Positions 27,688-37,058 of a stretch of 64,000 nt of DNA are shown here, one piece after another. Each line of letters starts with the position of its first letter. Position 1 is the first letter of the stretch. A model generated the notes under the pieces. That model was not told the origin of the DNA. It saw nothing but the letters and a program-made list of their open reading frames with translations, and ran no database searches. Origin of the DNA: Clostridia bacterium (lineage in GTDB: Bacteria > Bacillota > Clostridia > Christensenellales > CAG-138); contig JAVVVD010000003.1 in NCBI GenBank assembly GCA_036652795.1, positions 42,864-106,863 of the forward strand. Direction: 5' to 3'. The position numbers and the translations under genes were made by a program.

Positions 27688-28662
27688 ATGAAAGCCATCA
27701 AACTTATTTCTATTTTCACTGCGTTGCTTATGCTGTCAGCTCTGGCTACAGGCTGTACACAGCCCGTCAAGCAACCGCTTCCGACACAATCCGCTTCTCC
27801 CGCAGCATCTGACGACACCTCGGTGGCATTGACCGACATGGCAGGCCGCGAGATCACACTTTCCGCACCGGCAGAGCGTATTGTAGCGCTAACCGCATCG
27901 GATTGTGAGATACTCTATGCCGTTGGCGCCGGCAGCACGCTGGTTGGCCGCGGTGAATACTGCAACTATCCTGCCGAAGCGCTTGAAGTAAAATCAGTCC
28001 AGTCCGGCGATGAAACGAACATCGAACAGATTATAGCACTTGAGCCGCAGGTAGTGCTGATGAGCACCATGGCTCAAAGCACCGAGCAGATTGCCGCACT
28101 TGAAAACGCCGGTATAAAGGTGGTAGTTAGCGATGCTAAGACCATAGCCGATGTATATACCGCTATAGAGATGATCGGTGAGTTAGTCGGCAAAAAGGCA
28201 GAAGCAACCGCCGTTATAGACGGCATGAAGAAAACATTTGCCGATATCGCCAGCAAGGTGACCGGCAATGGCGAAAAGACCGTATACTTTGAGGTATCCC
28301 CGCTTGAATATGGCCTTTGGACAGCCGGAAGCAACACGTTCATGGATGAGCTTGCCGCCATGCTTGGCCTGAAAAACGCCTTCAGCGATGTAGATGGCTG
28401 GGCTCAGATCAGCGAGGAGCAGGTGCTTGAAAATGACCCCGACTATATTGTAACCATTTCAATGTACTATGGAGACGGCCCCACCCCCGTGGACGAAATA
28501 ATGGGGCGCACCGGTTGGCAGAAGCTTAAGGCCATTAAGAATGGCGCCGTACTAAATGCGGATTCCGATGAGATATCCCGCCCCGGTCCACGCCTTGCCG
28601 ATGCCGCAATGATACTGTATTCGTTTGTATACGAAGCCGACGAGCTTGCCCCAGCGGCATAA
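27688..28662 (+). CDS. btuF: corrinoid/iron-siderophore ABC transporter substrate-binding lipoprotein (BtuF-like)
   Basis: Trimmed to MKAIKLISIF.. (SD GAAGGGGG). Lipobox LSALATGC. Class III SBP fold pattern. Lies downstream of the B12 riboswitch. Confidence 0.8.
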   Translation: MKAIKLISIFTALLMLSALATGCTQPVKQPLPTQSASPAASDDTSVALTDMAGREITLSAPAERIVALTASDCEILYAVGAGSTLVGRGEYCNYPAEALEVKSVQSGDETNIEQIIALEPQVVLMSTMAQSTEQIAALENAGIKVVVSDAKTIADVYTAIEMIGELVGKKAEATAVIDGMKKTFADIASKVTGNGEKTVYFEVSPLEYGLWTAGSNTFMDELAAMLGLKNAFSDVDGWAQISEEQVLENDPDYIVTISMYYGDGPTPVDEIMGRTGWQKLKAIKNGAVLNADSDEISRPGPRLADAAMILYSFVYEADELAPAA

Positions 28663-28668
28663 CTTGAA

Positions 28669-28703
28669 TTAGCAATCGGGATGCAGAGCATCCCGATTGC
28701 TAA
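28669..28703 (+). other. 16-bp perfect intercistronic stem-loop between btuF and btuC
   Basis: TTAGCAATCGGGATGC-AGA-GCATCCCGATTGCTAA with no U-tail. Likely an mRNA-stabilising or partial-termination element. Confidence 0.5.
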
Positions 28704-28739
28704 TTAACATTTCATAAAACTTGCTGTGAAGGTGACAGT

Positions 28740-29771
28740 GTGAAAATACGCCGTGCGGGCTTTTCGCCCACCGAATATCTGATTTTTTCAGCCATTACTC
28801 TGTCTGCCATGCTGCTATGCATATGCGCGGGCAGCGTTGGCGTGCCGGTTGGCGATACCGTTTTGGCCATATGGAACACAATATTTTCAAAGCCTATACC
28901 GGATGGTGTCTCGCAATCAATAATCGTTTTTGTCCGGCTTCCACGCGTGTTATGCGTAGCGCTTGTGGGTGCATCACTTGCACTTTGCGGCGGCGCCATG
29001 CAAGGGCTTTTGAAAAACCCGCTTGCGGATGGCTCCACGCTGGGCGTATCCTCAGGCGCATCGCTCGGCGCTGTGTTGGCCATTGCCCTTGGCATAACGC
29101 TGCCCGGCGTACCGTTTGCCGGCACAATGCTGATGGCCATGCTGTTTGCTTTTATTTCACTGGTGATTATACTATCTCTTGCATATAAGCTTGACTATTC
29201 GCTTGCCACAAACACAATAATACTAATCGGCGTAATCTTTTCAATGTTTGTTAGCAGCATAATCAGCCTTATAATCACATTCGCCGGGGATCGCGTAAAG
29301 CCCATCATGTTTTGGACAATGGGCTCATTATCCGGCAGCAGCTTTGCAAACGTGGTTGCACTGTCAATCGCGCTGGCGCTGTTTGGCGGCGTGATTCTAC
29401 GCTATTCCCGCGAGCTAAATGCCTTTGCCATCGGCGAGGATAACGCGCGGCATTTAGGCGTAAACGTAAAGCGTGTAAAGCTTGTTATACTCATATGCGT
29501 ATCCGCGCTCACAGGCGTGTGCGTTTCAGTCAGCGGCACAATCGGCTTTGTAGGGCTAGTTATACCGCATATGGTGCGCATTATCACGGGTCCAAGCCAT
29601 GCACGTTTGCTGCCTGCAAGTCTATTTTCCGGCGCTGTTTTTTTGCTGCTGGCTGATCTTATTGCGCGAACACTGCTAAACCCCTTAGAGCTTCCAATAG
29701 GCGTTGTTACCTCGTTCATAGGCGCCATTGTGTTCGTATATATATTCTATCAATCACGAAAGGCGGCATGA
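28740..29771 (+). CDS. btuC: FecCD-family ABC permease (BtuC-like)
   Basis: 343 aa and polytopic, with a typical FecCD pattern (GASLALCGGAMQGLLKNPLADGSTLGVSSGA). GTG start after SD GAAGGTGA. Confidence 0.85.
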   Translation: MKIRRAGFSPTEYLIFSAITLSAMLLCICAGSVGVPVGDTVLAIWNTIFSKPIPDGVSQSIIVFVRLPRVLCVALVGASLALCGGAMQGLLKNPLADGSTLGVSSGASLGAVLAIALGITLPGVPFAGTMLMAMLFAFISLVIILSLAYKLDYSLATNTIILIGVIFSMFVSSIISLIITFAGDRVKPIMFWTMGSLSGSSFANVVALSIALALFGGVILRYSRELNAFAIGEDNARHLGVNVKRVKLVILICVSALTGVCVSVSGTIGFVGLVIPHMVRIITGPSHARLLPASLFSGAVFLLLADLIARTLLNPLELPIGVVTSFIGAIVFVYIFYQSRKAA

Positions 29772-30529
29772 GCATGTTGGATGTGAATCACCTTACAGTG
29801 CGCTACGGCAGCCTTACAATACTCAGCAATGTAAGTTTTTCTGTTTCCGCTGGACAATGGCTTATGATAGTCGGCCCTAACGGCGCTGGCAAAAGCACAA
29901 TAGTAAATGCGATATCGCAGAGTACCCCATATACAGGCCATGTGTGCATTGACGGAATTAATGCTGCAAAGTACAAGCCTAATATACTCGCAAAGCACCT
30001 TGGTGTGCTAACGCAGAGCCACTTTGTAGGCTATGCCTTCACCGTTGAGGAAATAGTTAGGCTTGGGCGCTATGCATACCGCCCCGGTATATTCGATACT
30101 ATTAGCGATGAGGATGCTGGAATTGTGGAGAATGCGCTGGAGCTTACCGGTATGAAGGAGCTTCGCTCCCAGTCAGTGCTTACACTATCCGGCGGAGAGC
30201 TACAAAGGACATTTCTTGCGCAGCTGTTTGCGCAAAATCCCAAGCTGCTTATACTGGATGAACCTACAAATCACCTTGATCTTGTGTACCAAAAGCAAAC
30301 CTTCGAGCTTATACGGCAATGGCTTAAAATACCTGGGCGCGCTGTAATATCCGTTGTACATGACCTTAGCCTTGCAAGGGCCTACGGCACTGACGCGCTG
30401 CTGCTAAACCATGGCCACACCGCCGCCGTTGGCAGCGTTTCGGATGTGTTGAATGAAGATAACCTGCACGCGGTGTATTCAATGGATGTATATGGATGGA
30501 TGCGCGATATGCTTTCTCAATGGAGCTAA
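29768..30529 (+). CDS. btuD: ABC transporter ATP-binding protein (BtuD/FepC-like)
   Basis: Walker A GPNGAGKST, signature LSGGELQR, Walker B LLILDEPT. Confidence 0.85.
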   Translation: MSMLDVNHLTVRYGSLTILSNVSFSVSAGQWLMIVGPNGAGKSTIVNAISQSTPYTGHVCIDGINAAKYKPNILAKHLGVLTQSHFVGYAFTVEEIVRLGRYAYRPGIFDTISDEDAGIVENALELTGMKELRSQSVLTLSGGELQRTFLAQLFAQNPKLLILDEPTNHLDLVYQKQTFELIRQWLKIPGRAVISVVHDLSLARAYGTDALLLNHGHTAAVGSVSDVLNEDNLHAVYSMDVYGWMRDMLSQWS

Positions 30530-30573
30530 CGCCAATCAAGCCATAAATGTCGGATCAGTATAAGGAGTTTTAT

Positions 30574-31647
30574 ATGGATATCGTTGAGCTTAACAAGCAA
30601 ATACCACCTCAGGATGATAGCGCGATGGAATCGGCACGCGCGCACTGGAATGCGATTGCAAAACCATTAGGCAGCCTTGGCCTACTTGAGGATGTGGTTG
30701 TGAGCCTTGCAGGGCTTTGCGGCACGGCGGATGTGAGGATAGATAAGCGCGCCGTGCTGGTGTTGTGTGCTGATAATGGTGTGCTGGCGCAGGGCGTAGC
30801 GCAGACTACCGCCGATGTAACATCCACTATGGCGGACGTTATCTCGCGTGGATGCTCCACTGTAGGCTGCATGGCGCGTGCCGCGAATACGGATGTAATA
30901 GCAGTGGATATGGGTATGCTGCATCCGATAACGGGCAACATCCTCAATAGACGCATTGCAAGCGGTACACATGATATATCTTGCGGTCCCGCAATGACAC
31001 GCGACCAGGCCGAACAGGCCATACTTACCGGTATAGACCTTGTACGCTGCTGCAAGCAGCAAGGCTATAATATGCTGGCCACCGGTGAAATGGGTATAGG
31101 CAACACCACCACCTCCAGCGCCATCGCGGCTGTATTGCTGGGATTGCCTGTTAATGAGGTCACCGGCAGAGGTGCAGGGCTATCCGACGATGGTCTTATG
31201 CGTAAGATATCCGCAATCCAGCGGGCGATTGCCATCAACCGCCCCGATCCATCTGATGCTTTAGATGTGCTGCACAAATTGGGCGGCTTTGATATTGCCG
31301 GGCTTGCCGGCGTATTCATAGGCGGTGCACTGTATCGTGTGCCAATATTGATAGACGGCTTCATAAGCGCAGTCAGCGCATTGATTGCAAGGCGACTATG
31401 CACCAATTGCGGACATGCCATGTTTGCAACCCATGTATCCGCCGAACCTGCAGCGCGCATGGCTCTTTGCGCCCTGTCGCTCAGCCCGCTTATCAGCGCA
31501 AACATGCGGCTTGGTGAGGGCACAGGCGCTGTGTGCGCGCTGCCACTTATAGACATGGCATTATGCGTTTACCATGATATGCACACGTTTAACGATGTTG
31601 GCATCGCCGCATATGAGTTGCAGCAAAAGGAAGGCAAGTCGCGATGA
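30574..31647 (+). CDS. cobT: nicotinate-nucleotide--dimethylbenzimidazole phosphoribosyltransferase
   Basis: Trimmed to MDIVELNKQ (SD AAGGAG). GEMGIGNTT motif and typical length. Confidence 0.9.
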   Translation: MDIVELNKQIPPQDDSAMESARAHWNAIAKPLGSLGLLEDVVVSLAGLCGTADVRIDKRAVLVLCADNGVLAQGVAQTTADVTSTMADVISRGCSTVGCMARAANTDVIAVDMGMLHPITGNILNRRIASGTHDISCGPAMTRDQAEQAILTGIDLVRCCKQQGYNMLATGEMGIGNTTTSSAIAAVLLGLPVNEVTGRGAGLSDDGLMRKISAIQRAIAINRPDPSDALDVLHKLGGFDIAGLAGVFIGGALYRVPILIDGFISAVSALIARRLCTNCGHAMFATHVSAEPAARMALCALSLSPLISANMRLGEGTGAVCALPLIDMALCVYHDMHTFNDVGIAAYELQQKEGKSR

Positions 31648-32705
31648 GGTCATATAAATTCGAAAATGGAGATGTTGCGCTATGGAGGGACAAGGCTATA
31701 GTCGTAAGCTTTGCCGCTGCGCGGCGTGTACTTAGCACAGCGCCGCTTGGTGGTGGCCTGCGCGAAGATCTAATTTGCGTGTTCAATCAGGATTGCAAAC
31801 TTGAAGGCGTTGAGGATACGCCGCTCAAGGCGGCCACCTATTCCGGCCATATGGCCGTTATCGCAGATGAGCTTGGTCTTGATCCTGCACTTTCATGCGG
31901 ATTATCCACCGCGGCGGATATGTGCAACGCAGCCATAGTCTCAAACACCTATCTTGATACCTCAGTTACAGCCATAGTCACAGCCGGCATAGACATAAAC
32001 GGCAGCCGCGTGGGAGATCCGGCCCTATGGCATGAATCATGCGGCGAATTTTACCCCGCATCGGGTACAATCAACATACTGCTTTTCATAAATGCAAGTC
32101 TCACACCGGATACGCTTGTGCGATCTCTTATTACCTGCACAGAGGCAAAGACCGCCGCATTGCAGGAGCTGCTCGCTCCCAGTCTATTTTCCAACGGCAT
32201 CGCCACAGGATCCGGTACTGACGGCACAGCAATCATATGCGATCCTTCCTCGCCCGTTAAGCTCACATGCGCGGGCCAACACTGTAAGCTTGGTGAGCTT
32301 GTTGGCCGCACTACAATTTCCGCCGTTAAGGAAGCACTGTTTCTGCAAACCGGATTATGTGCTGCACGACAAGCGGATATATTCAGCCGCATGGGCAGGT
32401 TTGGCATAACCGAAAGCACAGTTCTGGGCATGTGCGCTGATGCGGGCAAATCACGCACACGGCTTTTAAAAATAAAAAACAAAAGCGAGCATGTGGTGCT
32501 CGCATCGCTGTATGCGCATATTATGGATCAGCTCCAGTGGGGGTTGATAAGTCCGCAAGCCGCCTTGCCGGCCGTTAATCTGCTGCTTGGCGGCATGGGT
32601 GCATTCGAGCATATATATAGCTTACCGCCCGCGATAGATGTGGCCATCCACGAACTTGCAAAAGTCTATTCATTGGCACTATTCGAGCTGATCTGCGATG
32701 GATAA
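31644..32705 (+). CDS. cbiZ: adenosylcobinamide amidohydrolase (CbiZ-like) with extra C-terminal region
   Basis: The ATGA overlaps the cobT stop. N-terminal two-thirds resemble CbiZ (VVSFAAARRVLSTAPLGGGL..., GSGTDG). Assignment is by memory of the family pattern plus context only. Confidence 0.55.
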   Translation: MRSYKFENGDVALWRDKAIVVSFAAARRVLSTAPLGGGLREDLICVFNQDCKLEGVEDTPLKAATYSGHMAVIADELGLDPALSCGLSTAADMCNAAIVSNTYLDTSVTAIVTAGIDINGSRVGDPALWHESCGEFYPASGTINILLFINASLTPDTLVRSLITCTEAKTAALQELLAPSLFSNGIATGSGTDGTAIICDPSSPVKLTCAGQHCKLGELVGRTTISAVKEALFLQTGLCAARQADIFSRMGRFGITESTVLGMCADAGKSRTRLLKIKNKSEHVVLASLYAHIMDQLQWGLISPQAALPAVNLLLGGMGAFEHIYSLPPAIDVAIHELAKVYSLALFELICDG

Positions 32706-32813
32706 TAATCGCGTGTTTCTAAAGTAATACGCGATTAAATCTGGCCGTATTTTTTCCTGTATGATGCGCCTGTACGGCGCAATGCCAATTTTAGAAGCAC
32801 ACCCTGAATCAAA

Positions 32814-32848
32814 TGCACACTGCCGCCCCGTTTGGGCGGCAGTGTGCA
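32814..32848. terminator. bidirectional terminator between the convergent cbiZ and adh
   Basis: TGCACACTGCCGCCC / GGGCGGCAGTGTGCA, a 15-bp stem. Confidence 0.65.
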
Positions 32849-32861
32849 TTTGGTATGTATA

Positions 32862-34052
32862 TTAGAAGTCGACTTCGGTGTTGTAATAGCAGCATTTGAG
32901 CAGTTTTTCCATCTGTGCCGGGGTTATGGATCTTGGGTTGGAACCTGTGCAGGCATCTCCCACGGCAAGCTCTGCAACCTTTGGCAGTTTTTCAAGGAAC
33001 TCAGCCTCATCTATGATGCCGCCCTCATAATCCTTGATGCAGGTGGGTATGCTCAGCCTACGGTTGAGCATGTTGATATGCGCAATCAGCGCCGTAACCA
33101 GCTCGTCCGTGTTATTGCCCGCAAGCCCAAGTATCTTTGCTATCTCGGCATAGCGCTTAGCGGCGGTATCATCCTTTGCGTTAAAGCTTATTACCTTGGG
33201 TAGATACATTGCGTTTGCGCAACCGTGCACAATGTGCCCGCCGGAGTATGCGGCGCCTGTCTTATGCGCCATAGAGTGAACTATGCCCAACAGCGCGTTG
33301 GAGAATGCCATGCCGGCCAGGCACTGTGCGTTATGCATTCTATCGCGTGCGGCCATATCGCCGTTGTATGAATCCACAAGGAATTCAGAAACCATCTTAA
33401 TGGCATGAAGCGCGAGAGGGTCTGTATAATCGCTGTTTAGCGTGGATACATATGCCTCGATGGCGTGGGTAATCGCATCCATACCGGTATGTGCTGTAAG
33501 CTTCTTGGGCATGGTTTCCGCGAGGTCAGGATCGACTATCGCCACATCCGGTGTTATGTTAAAGTCAGCAAGAGGATACTTTACACCCTTCTGGTAATCC
33601 GTTATCACGGAGAAAGCAGTAACCTCCGTGGCCGTACCTGAGGTTGAGGGGATCGCGCAGAACTTTGCCTTTGTGCGCAATGTAGGGAAGTTAAACGGTA
33701 TGCACAGCGACTCGAAGGTGATGTTTGGATATTCATAAAATGCCCACATTGCCTTTGCAGCGTCTATGGGGGATCCTCCTCCGATTGCCACTATCCAGTC
33801 AGGCCCAAACTCGCGCATCGCCTGTGCGCCCTTCATAACGGTTTCAACCGATGGATCTGGCTCTACGCCTTCAAACAAGCGCACTTCCATGCCCGTTTCC
33901 TTAAGGTTTGCAACTACCTTATCCAAGAAGCCAAAGCGCTTCATAGAGCCGCCGCCCACCACAACCATTGCTTTCTTTCCTGTCAGATTTTTCAACGCAT
34001 CCAACGAGCCTTTGCCATGATACAGATCTCTTGGTAATGTGAACCTTGCCAT
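32862..34052 (-). CDS. iron-containing (group III) alcohol dehydrogenase
   Basis: 396 aa. GGGSPIDAAKA NAD motif and metal-binding His cluster (HSMAHKTG, HGCANA). SD AAGGAGG. Confidence 0.9.
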   Translation of the reverse strand: MARFTLPRDLYHGKGSLDALKNLTGKKAMVVVGGGSMKRFGFLDKVVANLKETGMEVRLFEGVEPDPSVETVMKGAQAMREFGPDWIVAIGGGSPIDAAKAMWAFYEYPNITFESLCIPFNFPTLRTKAKFCAIPSTSGTATEVTAFSVITDYQKGVKYPLADFNITPDVAIVDPDLAETMPKKLTAHTGMDAITHAIEAYVSTLNSDYTDPLALHAIKMVSEFLVDSYNGDMAARDRMHNAQCLAGMAFSNALLGIVHSMAHKTGAAYSGGHIVHGCANAMYLPKVISFNAKDDTAAKRYAEIAKILGLAGNNTDELVTALIAHINMLNRRLSIPTCIKDYEGGIIDEAEFLEKLPKVAELAVGDACTGSNPRSITPAQMEKLLKCCYYNTEVDF

Positions 34053-34165
34053 ATTAATATCCTCCTTGAATTATATTTGTATTTGTATTAGTTTTTCCAA
34101 GGTTTTTCATATCATCCTTGATTGATTTAAGTTTAGCGCAAAACGGTAATTTCAGGAAATATAAA

Positions 34166-34201
34166 ACCGGTATATCGATATTCCTATATCGATATACCGG
34201 T
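34166..34201 (-). terminator. 16-bp perfect hairpin (lysR terminator and/or operator) built from two ATATCGATAT palindromes
   Basis: ACCGGTATATCGATAT-TCCT-ATATCGATATACCGGT. On the minus strand it is followed by TTTATATTT. Confidence 0.5.
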
Positions 34202-34275
34202 ATCGAAAGTTTGCTTCACTTTAGTGTGTTTCGCTGCAACTTATCCGCCACGCCGCATCGCGGTCATATAAAAAT

Positions 34276-34302
34276 GGAATATCGATATTCCATTATCGAT
34301 AT
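34276..34302. promoter_or_regulatory. GGAATATCGATATTCC palindrome plus adjacent TTATCGATAT copy at the 3' end of lysR
   Basis: A perfect 16-bp palindrome at 34276-34291 is followed by a 9/10 copy of the same core at 34293-34302. Confidence 0.35.
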
Positions 34303-35231
34303 TCCGTAAAGGCTATTTCGTTTTTTACTTCGTATAGTTTATCCATAAATCGCCTATCAAGCTTGCCAAGCGCATAACCCTGCGGGTATATCAGCAAGTC
34401 GCGCTGGCGGTTATTTTCCAGTTTGCACACGCGCTGAACAAGGCCATATCTGTCCAACAGTTCCTGCGGTATAGGCGATACCCACATATATGTGCTGGGC
34501 ACATGGGTAAGCAGATCAAACTGGCTACACCTTTCGTATACGTATATCCGCTTATTTACGCATTGTGAAAAATCCTGGCGTTTAAATTCGCTGGGCGGCA
34601 GATATGGCACGCTCAGGTCGCCATGAGCAATCTGTGTGTAGTCCTTTAGCTCATTGTATAGTACCTCATCGCGTTGCGCCAGCGGATGATCCTTGTTCAT
34701 TACTGCAAGATATTCAAATTCCCATATCGGCTCATATTTAATTTCTTTTTGTGCAAGAAAATCCATAAAATAGTTTTCGTAGGCCAGTTTATACCTTATC
34801 ACACCAAGATCAAACTTTCCCTCCTCTATGTTGCTTATAGTCTGCATAGCATTGGTTTCCTGCACGTTCACGTCTATCTCCTGCATGTAATCCAGCGTTG
34901 ACACAAACCGTGTTACCGCAGTTGCAATATAGCTTACCCGTGGTATTGATATTGAAAACTGCTGCCTATCCGAGCTTTCAGGCAGATATAGTGATTCTAT
35001 CTGGTCAATTTGAAGCAGCACATTTTTTGCATAACTTAAAAATTCAGCGCCCTTGGGTGTTGTAACAACCCCCTTGGGTGTGCGCTTGAATATTGTTATT
35101 CCTAGCGTGTCTTCAAGCTCCTTAATCGCTTTGCTCAAGTTTGGCTGTGCCATGTATAGATTATCTGCCGCCTGCGTTATCGAGCCTGTACGCGCGACCT
35201 CGGCGGCATATTTAAAAAGCTGTGTATTCAT
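34293..35231 (-). CDS. LysR-family transcriptional regulator
   Basis: 312 aa. N-terminal HTH GSITQAADNLYMAQPNLSKAIKELE plus a LysR substrate-binding region. Confidence 0.85.
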   Translation of the reverse strand: MNTQLFKYAAEVARTGSITQAADNLYMAQPNLSKAIKELEDTLGITIFKRTPKGVVTTPKGAEFLSYAKNVLLQIDQIESLYLPESSDRQQFSISIPRVSYIATAVTRFVSTLDYMQEIDVNVQETNAMQTISNIEEGKFDLGVIRYKLAYENYFMDFLAQKEIKYEPIWEFEYLAVMNKDHPLAQRDEVLYNELKDYTQIAHGDLSVPYLPPSEFKRQDFSQCVNKRIYVYERCSQFDLLTHVPSTYMWVSPIPQELLDRYGLVQRVCKLENNRQRDLLIYPQGYALGKLDRRFMDKLYEVKNEIAFTEYR

Positions 35232-35246
35232 TGATCTCCTCTGCCG

Positions 35247-35906
35247 CTATCTCGTAAGTTTTTCGCCAAGGTGCTTCGAGAGCATCGCAAGCGAGGCGGC
35301 CATGTTTTCGTTTTGCACAAGTATGTTTTCCGGTGTGCGCAGATGTGAAGGCGCAAAATTCCATATCGCTAGTATGCCGCTCTCCACCATTTTGTCGCAT
35401 ACGCCTTGAGCCTGATCAGCAGGGACTGTGATTATCCCTATACGCACATTAAGCCGTTTGCATATTTCTATCAGCTCATCCATATGAAACACATATTTGC
35501 CGCATATCTGGCTTCCCACAAGCCCTTCATTTATATCAAAAGCAGCCACAATATTCATCCCGCACTCGGCTATTCCCTTATAGCACATCAATGCCCTGCC
35601 AAGTGAGCCAACGCCTACAAGTATAGCTTCGTCAATATTATTATAACCCAGGAATTCTTCCATGTTAGCAATAAGCTCATCCACGTTGAACCCTGTCTTA
35701 GGCTTTCCCTTTGTGGTGCTTATTGCCGCCAGATCCTTGCGCACCTGCACCTCGTTAAGGCCCAGCGCCGCCGCAAGCGCAGGAGCCGCAATTATGGCTA
35801 TTCCATTTTTATGCATAGTTCTAAGATGCTGAATATAATACGGCATACGCTGTAGCGCTTGCTTTGATATTGTTATCGGCTTATCCTGACTTTGCAACTG
35901 TATCAT
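35247..35906 (-). CDS. rex: redox-sensing transcriptional repressor Rex
   Basis: 219 aa. Winged-helix N-terminus (RMPYYIQHLR) and Rossmann motif VGVGSLGRAL. Confidence 0.9.
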   Translation of the reverse strand: MIQLQSQDKPITISKQALQRMPYYIQHLRTMHKNGIAIIAAPALAAALGLNEVQVRKDLAAISTTKGKPKTGFNVDELIANMEEFLGYNNIDEAILVGVGSLGRALMCYKGIAECGMNIVAAFDINEGLVGSQICGKYVFHMDELIEICKRLNVRIGIITVPADQAQGVCDKMVESGILAIWNFAPSHLRTPENILVQNENMAASLAMLSKHLGEKLTR

Positions 35907-35922
35907 TCACCTTTCGTTGGTT

Positions 35923-35932
35923 ATATCGATAT
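35923..35932. promoter_or_regulatory. fifth ATATCGATAT palindrome, immediately upstream of rex
   Basis: Exact 10-mer lying 17 nt upstream of the rex start codon. Confidence 0.3.
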
Positions 35933-35981
35933 TGTATTACTGACTTCGTGTGTTGTCAACAGCATCGCCTATTTTATAAAG

Positions 35982-36713
35982 CTAAAATCCCAGTTTGCTG
36001 CATATATCATCGGCCTGTGTGGCGACTTCGCTGCTCCATGCTTCAATCAATCCGCGACTCTGGCATACGCGCTCCTCAAGCATTGCGGCCGTCTGCCGCT
36101 GCATGGCGCTCGCGTGCGCAACCATCTCAATAATATTAAGCTTAAATGCCTTGGTGTCACCCTCAAGCGCATCAAGTTTTTCATTAAGTGTACGATTTTC
36201 CTCGCGCAAGCGGGCTATTGTCGCCTCAGCCTGCTCTGTGCCGTTCTTAAACGCAGCAAGCCTTCCCTCAAGCTCGCCGCGTTCCTTATGGTATATCGCT
36301 ATATCATCGGCGGCGCTTTGTCTGCGGTTCAGCTCATTGCGTAGGGTTATTATCATTTCATTATATTTATTTAGCTCTTTTGTATATGCCCGTTCCTTAT
36401 TCTGATACTGCTCTAGCTTCGTATCCCTTAGCTGTATCGCTGTCTCATATCCGGTTATGCTTGTATTTAGCGCCAATATAACGCTATTCTTCGCGGCAAG
36501 CTCGCTTTTAAGCGCTTCACTCTCCGCCATCAGCGAATCCTGTTCAGTCTTTGCATCCCGGCTCTGGCTTTGAATCGACTTTTTCATCTCAGTTATCAAA
36601 TCGTTTACCGCCTTGGGCTCATAGCCATTGAACACGCGCTTAAAGCGAGCCTCATCCTCTATCTTTGCACGCAGATTATCAACTGTTATTGATGCAGTTG
36701 TTTCATAATTCAT
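35982..36713 (-). CDS. DivIVA-domain coiled-coil protein (last gene of the tad operon)
   Basis: Trimmed to MNYETTASITV. FKRVFNGYEPKAVNDLI matches the DivIVA N-terminal motif, and the rest is heptad-rich coiled coil. The ATGA overlaps the upstream DUF192 gene. Confidence 0.6.
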   Translation of the reverse strand: MNYETTASITVDNLRAKIEDEARFKRVFNGYEPKAVNDLITEMKKSIQSQSRDAKTEQDSLMAESEALKSELAAKNSVILALNTSITGYETAIQLRDTKLEQYQNKERAYTKELNKYNEMIITLRNELNRRQSAADDIAIYHKERGELEGRLAAFKNGTEQAEATIARLREENRTLNEKLDALEGDTKAFKLNIIEMVAHASAMQRQTAAMLEERVCQSRGLIEAWSSEVATQADDICSKLGF

Positions 36714-37051
36714 AGCTTTGCCTCCAGTATGTCGCCCGGCACAATATTCTTGCGTTCGATACTGCCTATAGACAGCTCCAGCACATGCACTGCCCCTTTT
36801 ATCGCGCCACATATTTGCCTTTGTATCACATTTGGTTCGGTTTTGATTACACACATATTGCCATCTAGATATATTACGTCAATCGAATATCCCATGAAGT
36901 ACGTGTGTATTTGATTGCATGGGGTCAGAAGTATTCCTCCGTTTTCTTCAAGCGTATGCCCGATAAGTCCGCGCAACCGCTGAAAATAGTGTTTTGCATC
37001 CCATACATCCGCAATATGTAAATTGTTCTTATACAGCCGTATTGTTTTCAT
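36710..37051 (-). CDS. DUF192 domain protein
   Basis: 113 aa. The pattern FQRLRGLIG...LLTPCNQIHTYFMGYSIDVIYLD is typical of DUF192 (COG1430). Confidence 0.65.
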   Translation of the reverse strand: MKTIRLYKNNLHIADVWDAKHYFQRLRGLIGHTLEENGGILLTPCNQIHTYFMGYSIDVIYLDGNMCVIKTEPNVIQRQICGAIKGAVHVLELSIGSIERKNIVPGDILEAKL

Positions 37052-37058
37052 AATACAC

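Noticed and set aside
34053-34165. Search for a canonical Rex box upstream of the alcohol dehydrogenase gene
   Set aside because: No TTGTGAA-N4-TTCACAA or TTGTTAA-N4-TTAACAA-like site is visible. Only the ATATCGATAT palindromes are seen, and these are reported separately.
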